Part shown: in pieces, positions 1-9,991 of the stretch
Layout of the letters: every line of letters starts with the position of its first letter
Position numbering within the stretch: position 1 is the stretch's first letter
Source: Clostridiaceae bacterium
GTDB lineage: Bacteria; Bacillota; Clostridia; Saccharofermentanales; DTU023
DNA: 62,753 bases
Direction: 5' to 3'
NCBI GenBank assembly: GCA_012838355.1
Contig: DUPJ01000013.1
Span: 1-62,753, forward strand
The notes under the pieces: generated by a model
Seen by the model: the letters and a program-made list of their open reading frames with translations, nothing else
The model's database searches: none
Told to the model about the DNA's origin: nothing
Program-made: the position numbers and the translations under genes

Positions 1-337
1 ACCCGATCAGGATCGTGTTCAGGCGAAGCAGCATCATGCCGCGGACCTGTTCCTCGAGAAGCGGCTCGCCGACGGCACAGGCATGGCTTCGCAGCAGATT
101 CGTCTGCAGGCGGGCGTTTTCACCTGGTGCAATGACGACCTTGCTCAGTTCCCCGAATCCGGTCGATATGCCGTATGTCGGTGCGCCGCTCGCGGCAATG
201 CGCGTGACGGCTGCAAAGCTGTCGCGCACTTTCTGCATCGCGTCACCGCAGAGCGAGACCGGCCGTCTGAACCGTGCGACGTCAAGAAACCCTTGAAGAT
301 CAAGTGACCGCCCGTTCAGAACAAGCGAATCGGTCAT
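1..337 (-). CDS. hutH: histidine ammonia-lyase (aromatic amino acid lyase family), N-terminal part; gene continues past the left edge
   Basis: My minus-strand translation from the ATG at 337..335 gives MTDSLVLNGRSLDLQGFLDVARF...GAPTYGISTGFGELSKVVI...LQTNLLRSHACAVGEPL, which is HAL-like. The ORF is open to the window edge, so it is absent from the ORF track. Its ATG overlaps the deoD stop (ATGA). Confidence 0.7.
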   Translation of the reverse strand, partial: MTDSLVLNGRSLDLQGFLDVARFRRPVSLCGDAMQKVRDSFAAVTRIAASGAPTYGISTGFGELSKVVIAPGENARLQTNLLRSHACAVGEPLLEEQVRGMMLLRLNTILIG

Positions 338-1044
338 AGCGATGCAGCCAGCTTCAGCGCCACGCGGATCATGTCGTTCAATCCCTGTTCACGTTCAGCG
401 GGAGGCATCTGATCACCCGTAATCACGTGGTCGGAAATCTGCAGGAGACAAAGTGCATTGACACGGTGCCGCATGGCCGTGACGTACAGGGCGTACGATT
501 CCATCTCAACAGCGTCAACGCCCAGCTCAATCCAGGTGTTGCGATCGGCTTCAGACGGTTCATAAAAAACGTCTGCGCTCTTTATATGTGCAATTTTTAA
601 CGATTTCCCCAGCGCGGCCGCCGTTTCATCGGCTTTTTTCAAAAGTGAAAACGATGGACCGGCCGAGAGCGTCCCCTGAACGTGGAACTGTCCGGCCCAG
701 TTTGAATCCGTCGAGACGATGCCGGCCGCCAGCAGATCACCGACGGCGATGCGCTCACTGTATGCGCCTGCCGTTCCGATACGAATCAGATTTTTGACGC
801 CATATGCCGTAATCAGCTCGTGGCTGTAAATGCCGATCGACGGCATCCCCATGCCGGTGCCCATCACGGAGACCTGCCGACCGTCGTAAGTACCGGTAAA
901 GCCAAACATATTGCGGACTCGGTTGAAACAGACGGCATCCGTGAGGAAATTTTCCGCCACATATTTGGCCCGGAGCGGATCGCCCGGGAGCAGAACGGTT
1001 TCGGCGATGTCGCCGGGGTTTGCTTCGATGTGAGGTGTGCTCAT
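334..1044 (-). CDS. deoD: purine nucleoside phosphorylase, DeoD type
   Basis: 236-aa ORF. The N-terminus MSTPHIEANPGDIAETVLLPGDPLRAKYVAENFL and the central GMGMPS motif are typical of DeoD. Confidence 0.9.
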   Translation of the reverse strand: MSTPHIEANPGDIAETVLLPGDPLRAKYVAENFLTDAVCFNRVRNMFGFTGTYDGRQVSVMGTGMGMPSIGIYSHELITAYGVKNLIRIGTAGAYSERIAVGDLLAAGIVSTDSNWAGQFHVQGTLSAGPSFSLLKKADETAAALGKSLKIAHIKSADVFYEPSEADRNTWIELGVDAVEMESYALYVTAMRHRVNALCLLQISDHVITGDQMPPAEREQGLNDMIRVALKLAASL

Positions 1045-1057
1045 AAGATTCTCCTGT

Positions 1058-2734
1058 TCAATCTATTGCTTTCATTTTTGTGTTTTGCGCCGATCCGGAC
1101 GGCACGCCAAGCATGGCAGCAGCCAGCGCCAACGTTTTGGCGTCGTCCTGCCGGCCGGACAGCAATCTGGCAATTTCGCTGACTCGGCGTTCACCTTCCA
1201 GCTTTCTTAAAACGGTCTCTGTGCGCGCATTGATTTCACGTTTTTCAATCAGATAGTGGTGATCGGCAGAAGCCGCAACAGCCGCACTGTGCGTGACACA
1301 GAAGACATGACGGCTGCGGCCGAGTGCTTTCAGTTTTTCTCCGACCAGCTGTGCCGTGTGTCCCGAGATGCCGGTATCAATTTCGTCAAAGACGAGAACC
1401 GGCAGGTCGTCCAGCTCGGCCAGAATGCTCTTGATGGCCAGCAGCACGCGTGATGCCTCGCCGCCGGACGCTATCCTGGCCAGCGGCATGAGCGGTTCAC
1501 CGAGATTTGCTGAAATGAGAAAGCGGACTCGATCCGTTCCGCCCTCCATCACACTCCAGTCAAGTTCGTCCCCTGCCCAGGCTGAAACCTCAACATCAAA
1601 GCGCACCTTCGTCATGTCGAGATCCTTTAGTGACGCCATAATCAGGGCCGCCACTCGTGTCGCTTCTTCGCTGCGGATCCGATGCAGAACGAGTGCCTGC
1701 CGCCGCAGTTCAAGATCCGCCTGCCGAAGCGATGCTTCCAGTGCCTCGATCGAGTGGCCGGCTGCAGCCAGACGCTTCAGCTCGGTTTCACTCGTCTCCA
1801 GATGCCGAAGCACATCTGCGACCGTATTGCCGTATTTGTATTTTAATTTCCCGTATTCATCGAGTCTCGCATCTGTCTCTGCAATGATGGCAGGATCCAG
1901 ATCGATTCTGTCAAAAAAGCGCCGCAAATCGTGCGTGATGCCATCGACCAGTGCCATAGTCTCCTCGACCCGCTCGCGCAGGGCAGCGAGGGTTTTGCTT
2001 GCCTTGGCTCCGCCCTGCAGCCGGTCCTTGACGACCGCCAGCTGATCGGCGGCAGATGCCTCGCTGTCGGCAAGTGCGGCGAGTGCCTCTGCGAGGTCGC
2101 CGTACACCTTGCTGAGCGTTTTTTGCAGGCGGCTTTTTTCGCGCAGTTTTTCTTCTTCGCCGGGTATCAGTTCAGCCTGCCGGATTTCATCAATCTGGTG
2201 CGTCAGGACATCCATGCGTCGGGCCCGTGCAGCCGGATCACGGCCGAATGAGCGGAGCGTTTTGCGGTCGGCAAGCCAGCGCTGCCGTGTCGCTTCGTAC
2301 GCGGTGAGAGGATCGGTCAGCCGAGACTGACAAAATCGGTCCAAAAGGGGCCGGTGTGTCTCTTCGTCAAAAATGCGCTGGCCTTCACGCTGTCCGTGGA
2401 TGGCGATCAGCTGCTGCCCGCGCTCGCGCAATTGCGAGAGCGGCACCATGCGCCCGTCAAGCCGGGCGACCGTGCGGCCTGCGGCCATGATGTCCCTTCC
2501 GAGGATTGACTCCGTGCCGTCCTGATCGGTCACAAGTGCACTGAGATAGGCTGCCTCAGCCCCGCTGCGCACCAGCGACGTATCGGCACGGTCACCGGAG
2601 AGCTGCGCCAGTGCTCCGATCAAAATTGATTTTCCGGCACCCGTTTCACCCGTCAGCACGACAAAACCAGACTCCGGTCGAAACTGAATGTCGGCGATCA
2701 GAGCGAAATCCCGAATGTCTAGTTCGAGAAGCAT
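1058..2734 (-). CDS. recN: DNA repair protein RecN
   Basis: 558-aa ORF with N-terminal MLLELDIRDFALI and a Walker A motif (GETGAGKS), a long coiled-coil middle, and a C-terminal SMC-like signature (GGEASRV..LVFDEID). Confidence 0.93.
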   Translation of the reverse strand: MLLELDIRDFALIADIQFRPESGFVVLTGETGAGKSILIGALAQLSGDRADTSLVRSGAEAAYLSALVTDQDGTESILGRDIMAAGRTVARLDGRMVPLSQLRERGQQLIAIHGQREGQRIFDEETHRPLLDRFCQSRLTDPLTAYEATRQRWLADRKTLRSFGRDPAARARRMDVLTHQIDEIRQAELIPGEEEKLREKSRLQKTLSKVYGDLAEALAALADSEASAADQLAVVKDRLQGGAKASKTLAALRERVEETMALVDGITHDLRRFFDRIDLDPAIIAETDARLDEYGKLKYKYGNTVADVLRHLETSETELKRLAAAGHSIEALEASLRQADLELRRQALVLHRIRSEEATRVAALIMASLKDLDMTKVRFDVEVSAWAGDELDWSVMEGGTDRVRFLISANLGEPLMPLARIASGGEASRVLLAIKSILAELDDLPVLVFDEIDTGISGHTAQLVGEKLKALGRSRHVFCVTHSAAVAASADHHYLIEKREINARTETVLRKLEGERRVSEIARLLSGRQDDAKTLALAAAMLGVPSGSAQNTKMKAID

Positions 2735-2737
2735 GCC

Positions 2738-3238
2738 TTACGATTTTGTGAGTCGTTGTCCCATTTGCGGGTCCGTCTGCGAAAGCTCGATCAGACGGTC
2801 ACGCATCGCTTCGGCCATGTCCGAGCTGTGTGTCGCAACAAAAATGGTGTCGTCGCCCGCCAGTGATCCCATGAAGTCCTGCAGGTGCATGGAGTCGAGC
2901 GCAGCTGCCGCACCGGGTGCCATACCCGGCAAGGTCTTGATGATCACAAAATTCTGCGCCACATCGATCGATACCACTGAATCGCGAAAAGCGTTCAGCT
3001 GGCGCCCCGATGCACCTTCGCCGCTGCGATCCATCAGAACGTACCGTTTCTGTCCGTCGCCCGTCATCACTTTGATGATACCGAGATCCATGATGTCGCG
3101 TGAAACGGTCGCCTGGGTCACTTCCACATCTGATTCATTCAGCAGACGAACCAGTTCTTCCTGTGTCTCGATGCTATGCTCCTTGATCAGGCGCAATATG
3201 CGAGACTGCCGTTGATTCTTGTCGTGTTTCAGTTTCAT
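2738..3238 (-). CDS. argR: arginine repressor
   Basis: 166-aa ORF. It has a winged-helix N-terminus (RQSRILRLIKEHSIETQEELV..VTQATVSRDI) and a C-terminal GTLAGDDTIFV-type oligomerisation motif. It sits upstream of recN, as in Bacillus. Confidence 0.9.
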   Translation of the reverse strand: MKLKHDKNQRQSRILRLIKEHSIETQEELVRLLNESDVEVTQATVSRDIMDLGIIKVMTGDGQKRYVLMDRSGEGASGRQLNAFRDSVVSIDVAQNFVIIKTLPGMAPGAAAALDSMHLQDFMGSLAGDDTIFVATHSSDMAEAMRDRLIELSQTDPQMGQRLTKS

Positions 3239-4092
3239 CTTCCCGTTCCCCGTTGTTGTATTTTTGCCGACAACGTCTTGTAAAAACGATCGTCGCCGAG
3301 CCTTATCAACTCAAACATGTCGGACGCACGCGTGATATCCAGATATTCGCCTTCCGTCAGCGGATAATTCTCCTGACCGTCGATCGACACCATGGCCGGC
3401 TCCGTATGCGGCAGAAGCGTCAGTCGGATTCTTGACCGGTCCGACGTCAGATAACTGCGATTGTGCAGCGAGTGCGGGCAAAGCGGCGTAATCAGGAACA
3501 AAGACATCTGCGGATGGACAATCGGACCGCCCGCAGACAGTGCATAGGCTGTTGATCCGGTCGGCGTCGAGACGATTAATCCGTCACCGGGGATGCGCTC
3601 GACGTCCTCCTCGTTGATTGTCAGCATCACTGTCACAATCCGGCCTGAAATCCCGCGTCCCAGCACCACATCATTGAGAATCGTGTGCTGGTGTTTTTGC
3701 CCGTGATCGGTTCCGCGATGGCAGACGCTGATCATCATGCGTTTTTCCACAGAAAATTCGCCGCAAAAAAGCTGTTCGACTGCATAGTCGAGACTGTCCG
3801 GCGATATCTGCGGCAGAAATCCGACGCTGCCCAGATTCACGCCGATCGTCGGCAGCGGTGCCCAGCCGGTCAGTCGGACTGTCGACAGGAACGTGCCGTC
3901 CCCGCCAAGACAGATGAGCAGATCAGCGGACTGGAGCGTATCAACGTAGCAGACTGACGGCAGATCGAGCAGCGGTTTCATGGATGACAGCAGCAGGGCT
4001 TCCCCCTTATGAGCCGAGATCAGGGATATGAGGCGCCTGGTGTGCGCAAATCCCGTATCTCTTGCTGCATTAGGAAAAACTGCAATTCTCAT
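3235..4092 (-). CDS. nadK: NAD(+) kinase
   Basis: 285-aa ORF with the GGDGT motif (LGGDGTFL) and a PTGSTAYALSAGGPI motif. Confidence 0.9.
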   Translation of the reverse strand: MRIAVFPNAARDTGFAHTRRLISLISAHKGEALLLSSMKPLLDLPSVCYVDTLQSADLLICLGGDGTFLSTVRLTGWAPLPTIGVNLGSVGFLPQISPDSLDYAVEQLFCGEFSVEKRMMISVCHRGTDHGQKHQHTILNDVVLGRGISGRIVTVMLTINEEDVERIPGDGLIVSTPTGSTAYALSAGGPIVHPQMSLFLITPLCPHSLHNRSYLTSDRSRIRLTLLPHTEPAMVSIDGQENYPLTEGEYLDITRASDMFELIRLGDDRFYKTLSAKIQQRGTGR

Positions 4093-4096
4093 GCAC

Positions 4097-5986
4097 TCAT
4101 CCCTGTTGCGGTCGTGAAGTTTTTCTCACGGTATTCCATATTCCCCGCGCGTCCAATCCTTCTTCTCTCAGCAGTTCGTCTCTGGACGCCTGCCCCCGTG
4201 TAAGTTCTGTGTGACCGAGGCAAATAATTTTGCCGTCAAAGCCTCGATCGGCCAGCCCGCAGGCAATCGATTCGCCCGCTCCGCCCCTTCTTGCGCCGTC
4301 TTCCACAATGTATAAAACGTCAGCAGAATTGAGTAATTCCATCATACCATCAAAATTGATCGGATTTATGCACATTGTCGAAATGTGACGGCAGCCAATT
4401 CCCTCTTCTCGCAGCAGGCCGACCGCCTCCCTCACCTCTTCGAACAGTGCTCCGAGAGAGAGAATCACCGTTTTCCCCTCCCCCCCGTGATCGCTGATTT
4501 CGCAGACATCCCTGCGCTCAATCGCCGCGTCAGGCACCTGACTGCGCGGGTATCGGATCAGGGACGGACCGTTTCTCAAAAGCGCGGTTTCCAGCAGAAG
4601 ACGCAGATCCCCTTCCGTCTGCGGTGCAAACACGTGCAGATTGGGGGGAAGCTTGGCAAGCGCCAGATCGTAATATCCCTGATGCGTCGGCCCGTCGGCT
4701 CCGACGGCTCCGGCCCTGTCGATCGCAAACACAACCGGCAGATTCTGCAGGCAGACGTCGTGGATCAGCTGGTCGACGGCGCGCTGCAGAAACGTACTGT
4801 ACAAGGCAACGAACGGGCGCATTCCGGCGGCGGCAAATCCGGCCGCAAGTGTGACGGCATGCTGTTCGGCGATTCCGACATCAAAAAAGCGGTCTGGATA
4901 CGCGGCCAGAAAAGGCCTCAGTCCGGTGCCGTCGGTCATGGCAGCGGAGATCGCCACAATCCGCTCGTCGCCTGCGGCAAGTGATGTCAGTGTCCCGCCG
5001 AACACCTCGGAAAATGTCACGCACGGCGGCTTGGTTCTGCACACGCCGTTTTCGATGATGAACGGTGCCACCCCGTGATAGGCAGACGGTTCGGATTCAG
5101 CGAATTCATAGCCCTTGCCCTTGACCGTCTCGACGTGAAGCAAAACAGGGCCCGGAATATCGCGCACATGCTTCAGATGGTCGATGACGGCCGCCAGATC
5201 GTGGCCGTCGACCGGGCCGTAATAGCGAAAGCCGAGTTCTTCGAAGTAAACGTTGACCTGCCCCCGGGACACCAGCGAGCGGCCAACCCGTTTGACTGCA
5301 CGCAGGAGCGAGGCGATGCCCCGCCCGAAACCGCCGAGCTTTTCCATTCGCGTCTCCACGGTCGATTTCAGTTTGCGGTAGCGGCGCGAGAGCCGCACCT
5401 TTTCCAGATGCCTGGCGAGTCCGCCCACGCCTTTTGCAATTGACATCTGATTGTCATTCAGGATCACGAGGAGGTTATCTTCACCGTGTCCGACGTCATT
5501 CATGGCTTCAAATGCCATGCCGCCAGACAGTGCGCCGTCACCGATCAGGGCAATGACGCGATCGTCCCTGCCCTGCAGGCGATTGGCGCGGGCGATACCG
5601 GCTGCCGCCGATACCGAGGTACTGCTGTGTCCGGTCTCAAAGGCATCGAACGGACTTTCGGACCGTTTCGGAAAACCGGCCAGACCGCCCTTTTTGCGAA
5701 GTGTGTGAAAACGGTCGGCACGCCCCGTCAGAAGCTTCCAGGCATAGCACTGGTGGCCAACATCAAACACGATCTTGTCAGCGGGAAAGTTGAAGACGTG
5801 CAAGAGCGCGAGCGTCAGTTCAACCAGGCCAAGGTTCGACGCCAGATGCCCCCCGCCGGCTGCGACCTGATCAACGATGCGCTGCCTCAGCGCCGCCGCC
5901 ACCTCAGTCATGGCGTCAAGCGACAGTGACGGTATCGCTTCAGGTGCCGGAAACACCTGTGGTTCACTTGCATTCATGCGTTTCAC
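4097..5986 (-). CDS. dxs: 1-deoxy-D-xylulose-5-phosphate synthase
   Basis: 629-aa ORF with GGHLASNLGLVELT, a thiamine-diphosphate-binding GDGAL..NDN motif, and a transketolase-like C-terminus. Confidence 0.93.
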   Translation of the reverse strand: MKRMNASEPQVFPAPEAIPSLSLDAMTEVAAALRQRIVDQVAAGGGHLASNLGLVELTLALLHVFNFPADKIVFDVGHQCYAWKLLTGRADRFHTLRKKGGLAGFPKRSESPFDAFETGHSSTSVSAAAGIARANRLQGRDDRVIALIGDGALSGGMAFEAMNDVGHGEDNLLVILNDNQMSIAKGVGGLARHLEKVRLSRRYRKLKSTVETRMEKLGGFGRGIASLLRAVKRVGRSLVSRGQVNVYFEELGFRYYGPVDGHDLAAVIDHLKHVRDIPGPVLLHVETVKGKGYEFAESEPSAYHGVAPFIIENGVCRTKPPCVTFSEVFGGTLTSLAAGDERIVAISAAMTDGTGLRPFLAAYPDRFFDVGIAEQHAVTLAAGFAAAGMRPFVALYSTFLQRAVDQLIHDVCLQNLPVVFAIDRAGAVGADGPTHQGYYDLALAKLPPNLHVFAPQTEGDLRLLLETALLRNGPSLIRYPRSQVPDAAIERRDVCEISDHGGEGKTVILSLGALFEEVREAVGLLREEGIGCRHISTMCINPINFDGMMELLNSADVLYIVEDGARRGGAGESIACGLADRGFDGKIICLGHTELTRGQASRDELLREEGLDARGIWNTVRKTSRPQQG

Positions 5987-6879
5987 ACCGTCCTTTGCTC
6001 GAGATAGCGCCAGATCGCCCTCAGTGTCGTGACAAAAAGTCCGCCCGCTTCCAGTTCGCTGAGTGCCGCCCGGGCACGCGCCATTTCGGCGGCAAAGATG
6101 CGTTCGGCCTCCCGGCCGCCGTACCGGGTCACGAAGGTCAGTTTTCCGTCGCGCGCATCTTTGCCGGTTGTTTTCCCAAGTGTCCCGCTTGTCGACTGAA
6201 CATCGAGCAGATCGTCCTTGATCTGAAACGACAAACCGAGTGCGTCGGCAAAATCCGTCAGTTGTCCGCTGACATCATCGCCGGCAGCGCCTAAGCGTGC
6301 GCCCGCGAGTACCGCGGCCCTGATCAGAGCCCCCGTTTTTTTACGCTGAATCGCATACAAGGCTTTATCCGGCTCCTCGTGCAGCGACTCGGAAAGGTCG
6401 AGACACTGACCGCCAACCATGCCGCGAAAGCCGGCAGCGCGGGCCAATTCTGCCGCAGCCGCAAGTCTTTCCGGTGTTGACTTGACGACGAGTGCCTCAA
6501 AAAGGGTTTCGTAAGCGAGATTGAGCAAACCGTCTCCGGCTAAAATGGCATTGGCCTCGCCGAAGGCAGCATGGCAGGACGGCCGGCCCCGGCGCAGCAG
6601 ATCATTGTCCATCGCCGGCAGATCGTCGTGAATCAGGGAGTATGTGTGGATCATTTCAACCGCAGCGGCAAACGGCAAAGCCTCTGCCTTTGCAACACCG
6701 CACATCTGCGCCGTCGCGAGCAGCAGCACGGGGCGAATCCGCTTTCCGCCGACGGCCAGGCTGTACGCTGCCGCCTCGGCAGCCGTGCCGCCGTCCGCTT
6801 TTGCAATCGCAGGCAAAAAAGCCGGCAGGTGCTCGTCAATGTATGCTTTCAGTGAATCAGGCGACTGTTCAGCGGTCAT
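5983..6879 (-). CDS. ispA: polyprenyl (farnesyl/geranylgeranyl) diphosphate synthase
   Basis: 298-aa ORF with two Asp-rich motifs (IHDDLPAMDNDLLRRGRP and FQIKDDLLD). Confidence 0.88.
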   Translation of the reverse strand: MTAEQSPDSLKAYIDEHLPAFLPAIAKADGGTAAEAAAYSLAVGGKRIRPVLLLATAQMCGVAKAEALPFAAAVEMIHTYSLIHDDLPAMDNDLLRRGRPSCHAAFGEANAILAGDGLLNLAYETLFEALVVKSTPERLAAAAELARAAGFRGMVGGQCLDLSESLHEEPDKALYAIQRKKTGALIRAAVLAGARLGAAGDDVSGQLTDFADALGLSFQIKDDLLDVQSTSGTLGKTTGKDARDGKLTFVTRYGGREAERIFAAEMARARAALSELEAGGLFVTTLRAIWRYLEQRTV

Positions 6880-7087
6880 CGAGCGATACCTCCTGACCGT
6901 CTTCGGTCAGACGGCGCAGGCGCTCTTCAACCTGCTCCAGCTCCGCTTGGCAACGCTTGGCGAGTGCCATGCCTTCTTCATAAAATGCAAGCTGTTCCGC
7001 CAGCCCCAGTTCGCCTTTTTCCAATTCGGCGGCGATCTGTTCCAGGCGCTGCACGGCTTCTTCATAAGTCTGCTGTTTGTCAACCAT
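6869..7087 (-). CDS. xseB: exodeoxyribonuclease VII small subunit
   Basis: 72-aa helical protein (YEEAVQRLEQIAAELEKGEL) directly downstream of xseA. Confidence 0.88.
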   Translation of the reverse strand: MVDKQQTYEEAVQRLEQIAAELEKGELGLAEQLAFYEEGMALAKRCQAELEQVEERLRRLTEDGQEVSLDDR

Positions 7088-7089
7088 TG

Positions 7090-8373
7090 TCAGTTAATCC
7101 TTTCTTCCACGGATACGCGATCGACGGTGACGTCGGCCTTCCCGTCATGGAAATGCACCTGAAGCTGCGCACCGGCAGCTGTCTTTGCAGCCCCCGGAAC
7201 GAGCCGGCCTTCTCTGTCTGTCACATACGCATAACCGCGTCCCAGAATCGCCTCCGGATTAAGCGATCCGAGCCGGCCGATGGCGTGACTCAAGGTCATG
7301 CCCGTGCGCAGCATCGTTGCCTTCATCGCTCTGCCAATCTGCTCCGTCACGCGATCGAGTTCGCGCCGGCGTTCCTCCTGCCCCCTCTGCATCTGCCCCT
7401 TGAGAGATGCCGCGGCGAGATCAAGCGCCTGCTGGCGATGTTCCAGCACTCGCGACGGGTGGCGCCCGGCTGCCCGCCTGAGCCATTCTGCCAGACGACG
7501 TCTTTTTTCGCCGCGATTGACGGCAAAAGCCGTTTCCATTCGCCTGACCGCGTGCGCCAGCGCGGCCGCCAGCTCAGCCCGGCTGGGCATGACGCGGGCA
7601 GCCGCTGCCGATGGCGTCGGCATACGCAAATCTGCGGCAAAATCGATCAGCGTGATATCCGTTTCGTGGCCGACAGCCGAAATCACGGGAATCTCTGAAT
7701 CAAAGACAGCGCGTACAACAATTTCCTCGTTGAACGCAAACAGATCTTCAAACGATCCGCCGCCCCGGCCCACGATCAGAACGTCGACCTTTTTGTCACG
7801 ATTCGCCTGCCTCACTGCACCGGCAATCTGTGCCGGCGCATCGGCACCCTGCACCGCTGCCGGATAGAGCAGCAGATCAAACGACGGGGCGTTTTTCCGC
7901 AGTACAAACAGAATATCCGACAGCACCGCACCGGACATGGAGGTCACAACCCCGATGCGCGCAGGCCAGACCGGGATCTCCTTTTTTCGTTCAGCTGCAA
8001 AAAGGCCTTCTTTTTCGAGACGCTCTTTCGTCTCAAGAAAGCGTCGGTGGAGATCACCAATGCCTTCCTCTTCGATGCGTACGACGGTCAATTGAAATCG
8101 GCCGTCTTTCTGATACAGGCCGGCACGGGCATAACACAAAACCTTCATCCCGTTTTCCGGCCGAAACGCGAGCCGCTGTCTCGCCAAACCGAAAAAAACG
8201 CAGGAAACCTGCGCATCCTGGTCTTTCAGCGTGAAATAATAATGGCCGGACGGATACAGTTTGCCACCCGAGATCTCACCCACCACAGCCAGATCGGAAA
8301 GCACCGGATCGTCTCCGAGCCTTCTGGCCACATAGCGGTTCAGCCAGCTGACAGACCGTGGCTCGACAGCCAT
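7090..8373 (-). CDS. xseA: exodeoxyribonuclease VII large subunit
   Basis: 427-aa ORF with an OB-fold N-terminus (VVGEISGGKLYPSGHYYFTLKD) and GRGGGS..DL..FN and SAVGHETD motifs. Confidence 0.92.
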   Translation of the reverse strand: MAVEPRSVSWLNRYVARRLGDDPVLSDLAVVGEISGGKLYPSGHYYFTLKDQDAQVSCVFFGLARQRLAFRPENGMKVLCYARAGLYQKDGRFQLTVVRIEEEGIGDLHRRFLETKERLEKEGLFAAERKKEIPVWPARIGVVTSMSGAVLSDILFVLRKNAPSFDLLLYPAAVQGADAPAQIAGAVRQANRDKKVDVLIVGRGGGSFEDLFAFNEEIVVRAVFDSEIPVISAVGHETDITLIDFAADLRMPTPSAAAARVMPSRAELAAALAHAVRRMETAFAVNRGEKRRRLAEWLRRAAGRHPSRVLEHRQQALDLAAASLKGQMQRGQEERRRELDRVTEQIGRAMKATMLRTGMTLSHAIGRLGSLNPEAILGRGYAYVTDREGRLVPGAAKTAAGAQLQVHFHDGKADVTVDRVSVEERIN

Positions 8374-8816
8374 CAGGTATCCTCGTCGAAAACCGTTTCA
8401 TCCGGCGTCTGTTCCGGATTGAGCGTACGGTAAATCGTGCCGAGCACCGCGTTGATGTACGCACGCGACTCGTCATTCGAGTATTTTTTGGCCAGCACGA
8501 CACATTCGTTGATCGACGCCGCCCTCGGCACATCGTCGGCATAACACATCTCAAACGTCCCGATTCTGAGAATCGTCAGGTCGATCAGGGGCAGCCGCGT
8601 GATGTCCCATTTGTTCAGTGTGGGGGCAATTCGCTCATCGATTGCCGCCACATGTTCTGAAACCCCGTCCAGCAAACGGTCAAAGTATGTCAGATCGTCG
8701 TCCGCCAGATTATTTTCCGCGACAAAAAGCTGTCGCTGCGACTCGTGGTCGTCCTTTTGCACTTCATAGCTGTAAAGCAGCATGAAGGCCAGCTCTCTTG
8801 CTCTGCGTCTGCCCAT
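8373..8816 (-). CDS. nusB: transcription antitermination factor NusB
   Basis: I trimmed the 195-aa track ORF to an internal ATG that gives MGRRRARELAFMLLY, the canonical NusB start. This ATG overlaps the upstream gene stop (ATGA). Confidence 0.88.
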   Translation of the reverse strand: MGRRRARELAFMLLYSYEVQKDDHESQRQLFVAENNLADDDLTYFDRLLDGVSEHVAAIDERIAPTLNKWDITRLPLIDLTILRIGTFEMCYADDVPRAASINECVVLAKKYSNDESRAYINAVLGTIYRTLNPEQTPDETVFDEDT

Positions 8817-9061
8817 CAGCGAAATAACCCCGGTGGAAATATGCGGTCCAGCAGCGTCTTGATTTTCTCGCGATCGCTGAACCAGCGGATACCGATGTAG
8901 TAACCTCCCAGTGTCGCGGCTACCACAAACAGCATGCGGAAAAAGCCGAATGTGACCCAAAGCAGCGCCAGCAGCAGGGCAAGCGATGCCCCGACCAGAC
9001 CGGGATTCTGTGAACTGAGCCGGTCGCCGATCGCCGCAAGCATGTGTTTAAGCGGCCGCAT
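8816..9061 (-). CDS. small integral membrane protein (DUF2273-like, Asp23-associated)
   Basis: 81-aa ORF with two hydrophobic helices. It occupies the usual position downstream of the AmaP and Asp23 genes. Confidence 0.6.
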   Translation of the reverse strand: MRPLKHMLAAIGDRLSSQNPGLVGASLALLLALLWVTFGFFRMLFVVAATLGGYYIGIRWFSDREKIKTLLDRIFPPGLFR

Positions 9062-9612
9062 CAGCGCTCCACACGCGTGGCCATGGCTTCCACCTTATTA
9101 ATGCGCACGGGCACTTCGGCCACTTCAATGCCGGTGTATTTTTCCACATCTTTTTTGACGCGTTCCTGAACCCTGGCCATCATGACCGGCAGTTCCACAT
9201 CCGGATACGTCATAATCGTCATGCGGATCGACAGCTTGTCCCCGCTGATCGCGCCGATGGCCGCTTTCGCAAACTTGACGCCGGATTGCGACGCTTTGGC
9301 GGCATTCAGTGCAATGCTTTCAATCGCACCGACGCCGATATTGATGTCACCGATCTCGTTTTTCTGAAGTCTTGCCTTGCGCAGCCGCCCTGTAAAGAGG
9401 ATGAAGGCGAACAAAACAAGAAAGCCGAGCAGACCCACGCCACCGATAATGATGGCAATCAGGCGATCACCCGGACGTTCGCCCAGTTTTCCGATCCAAT
9501 CCAGAACACCGGTCAGCACGCTGGGCGACACCCCGATCGTGAGGATAAACAAAAAAACGACCCCGAGTAGAAAAGCCATAAACAGGATCAAGGTTCTGGT
9601 CAATGCATTCAT
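9061..9612 (-). CDS. amaP: alkaline shock response membrane anchor protein AmaP-like
   Basis: 183-aa ORF with two N-terminal TM helices followed by a soluble domain. It overlaps the Asp23-family gene by 4 nt. Confidence 0.6.
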   Translation of the reverse strand: MNALTRTLILFMAFLLGVVFLFILTIGVSPSVLTGVLDWIGKLGERPGDRLIAIIIGGVGLLGFLVLFAFILFTGRLRKARLQKNEIGDINIGVGAIESIALNAAKASQSGVKFAKAAIGAISGDKLSIRMTIMTYPDVELPVMMARVQERVKKDVEKYTGIEVAEVPVRINKVEAMATRVER

Positions 9613-9986
9613 ATTACTTCTTCATCCATTTCCACGCCCATGACGTGCACGTTGACGGCATCAACTTCAAGGCCCGTAAAACGCTCGACATCTCGCTTGA
9701 CGTTTTCCTGAATGTGCCAGGCCACGTCCGGTATGACGAGGCCGAACCGCACGTTCGGATAGACTGTCATCTCCACGGCATGACGCGCCTCATCGGAGAA
9801 TGACACCAGAACGCCGTTGCCTTCATGCTCGTAGCCGAACGCTTCCTTCAGCGTGGCCACCACACCGGGAGCCAGTGAGCGGACACCCTCGGTTGCGAGC
9901 GCCGCCTCAGCGGCATATTGTGCCACAAATCCGCGGGACATGGTGCGTTCACCCCGGATCGACCAATCGCCGCGTTCGCCGTCCAT
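9609..9986 (-). CDS. Asp23/Gls24 family envelope stress protein
   Basis: 125-aa acidic protein. The N-terminal FVAQYAAEAALATEGV region and the context (AmaP, DUF2273, nusB) fit the family. The start could instead be the internal ATG at 9941. Confidence 0.7.
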   Translation of the reverse strand: MDGERGDWSIRGERTMSRGFVAQYAAEAALATEGVRSLAPGVVATLKEAFGYEHEGNGVLVSFSDEARHAVEMTVYPNVRFGLVIPDVAWHIQENVKRDVERFTGLEVDAVNVHVMGVEMDEEVI

Positions 9987-9991
9987 ATGGG

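Noticed and set aside
15-307. Plus-strand ORFs 15..296 and 83..307 at the left edge
   Set aside because: The opposite strand encodes a clear histidine ammonia-lyase N-terminus whose start overlaps the deoD stop, so the plus-strand ORFs are antisense artefacts.
2712-2726. LexA-like sequence CGAATGTCTAGTTCG at the recN 5' end (recN is SOS-regulated in Bacillus)
   Set aside because: The half-site spacing is wrong (5 nt rather than 4), one half-site is degenerate, and it lies inside the first recN codons rather than in a promoter.
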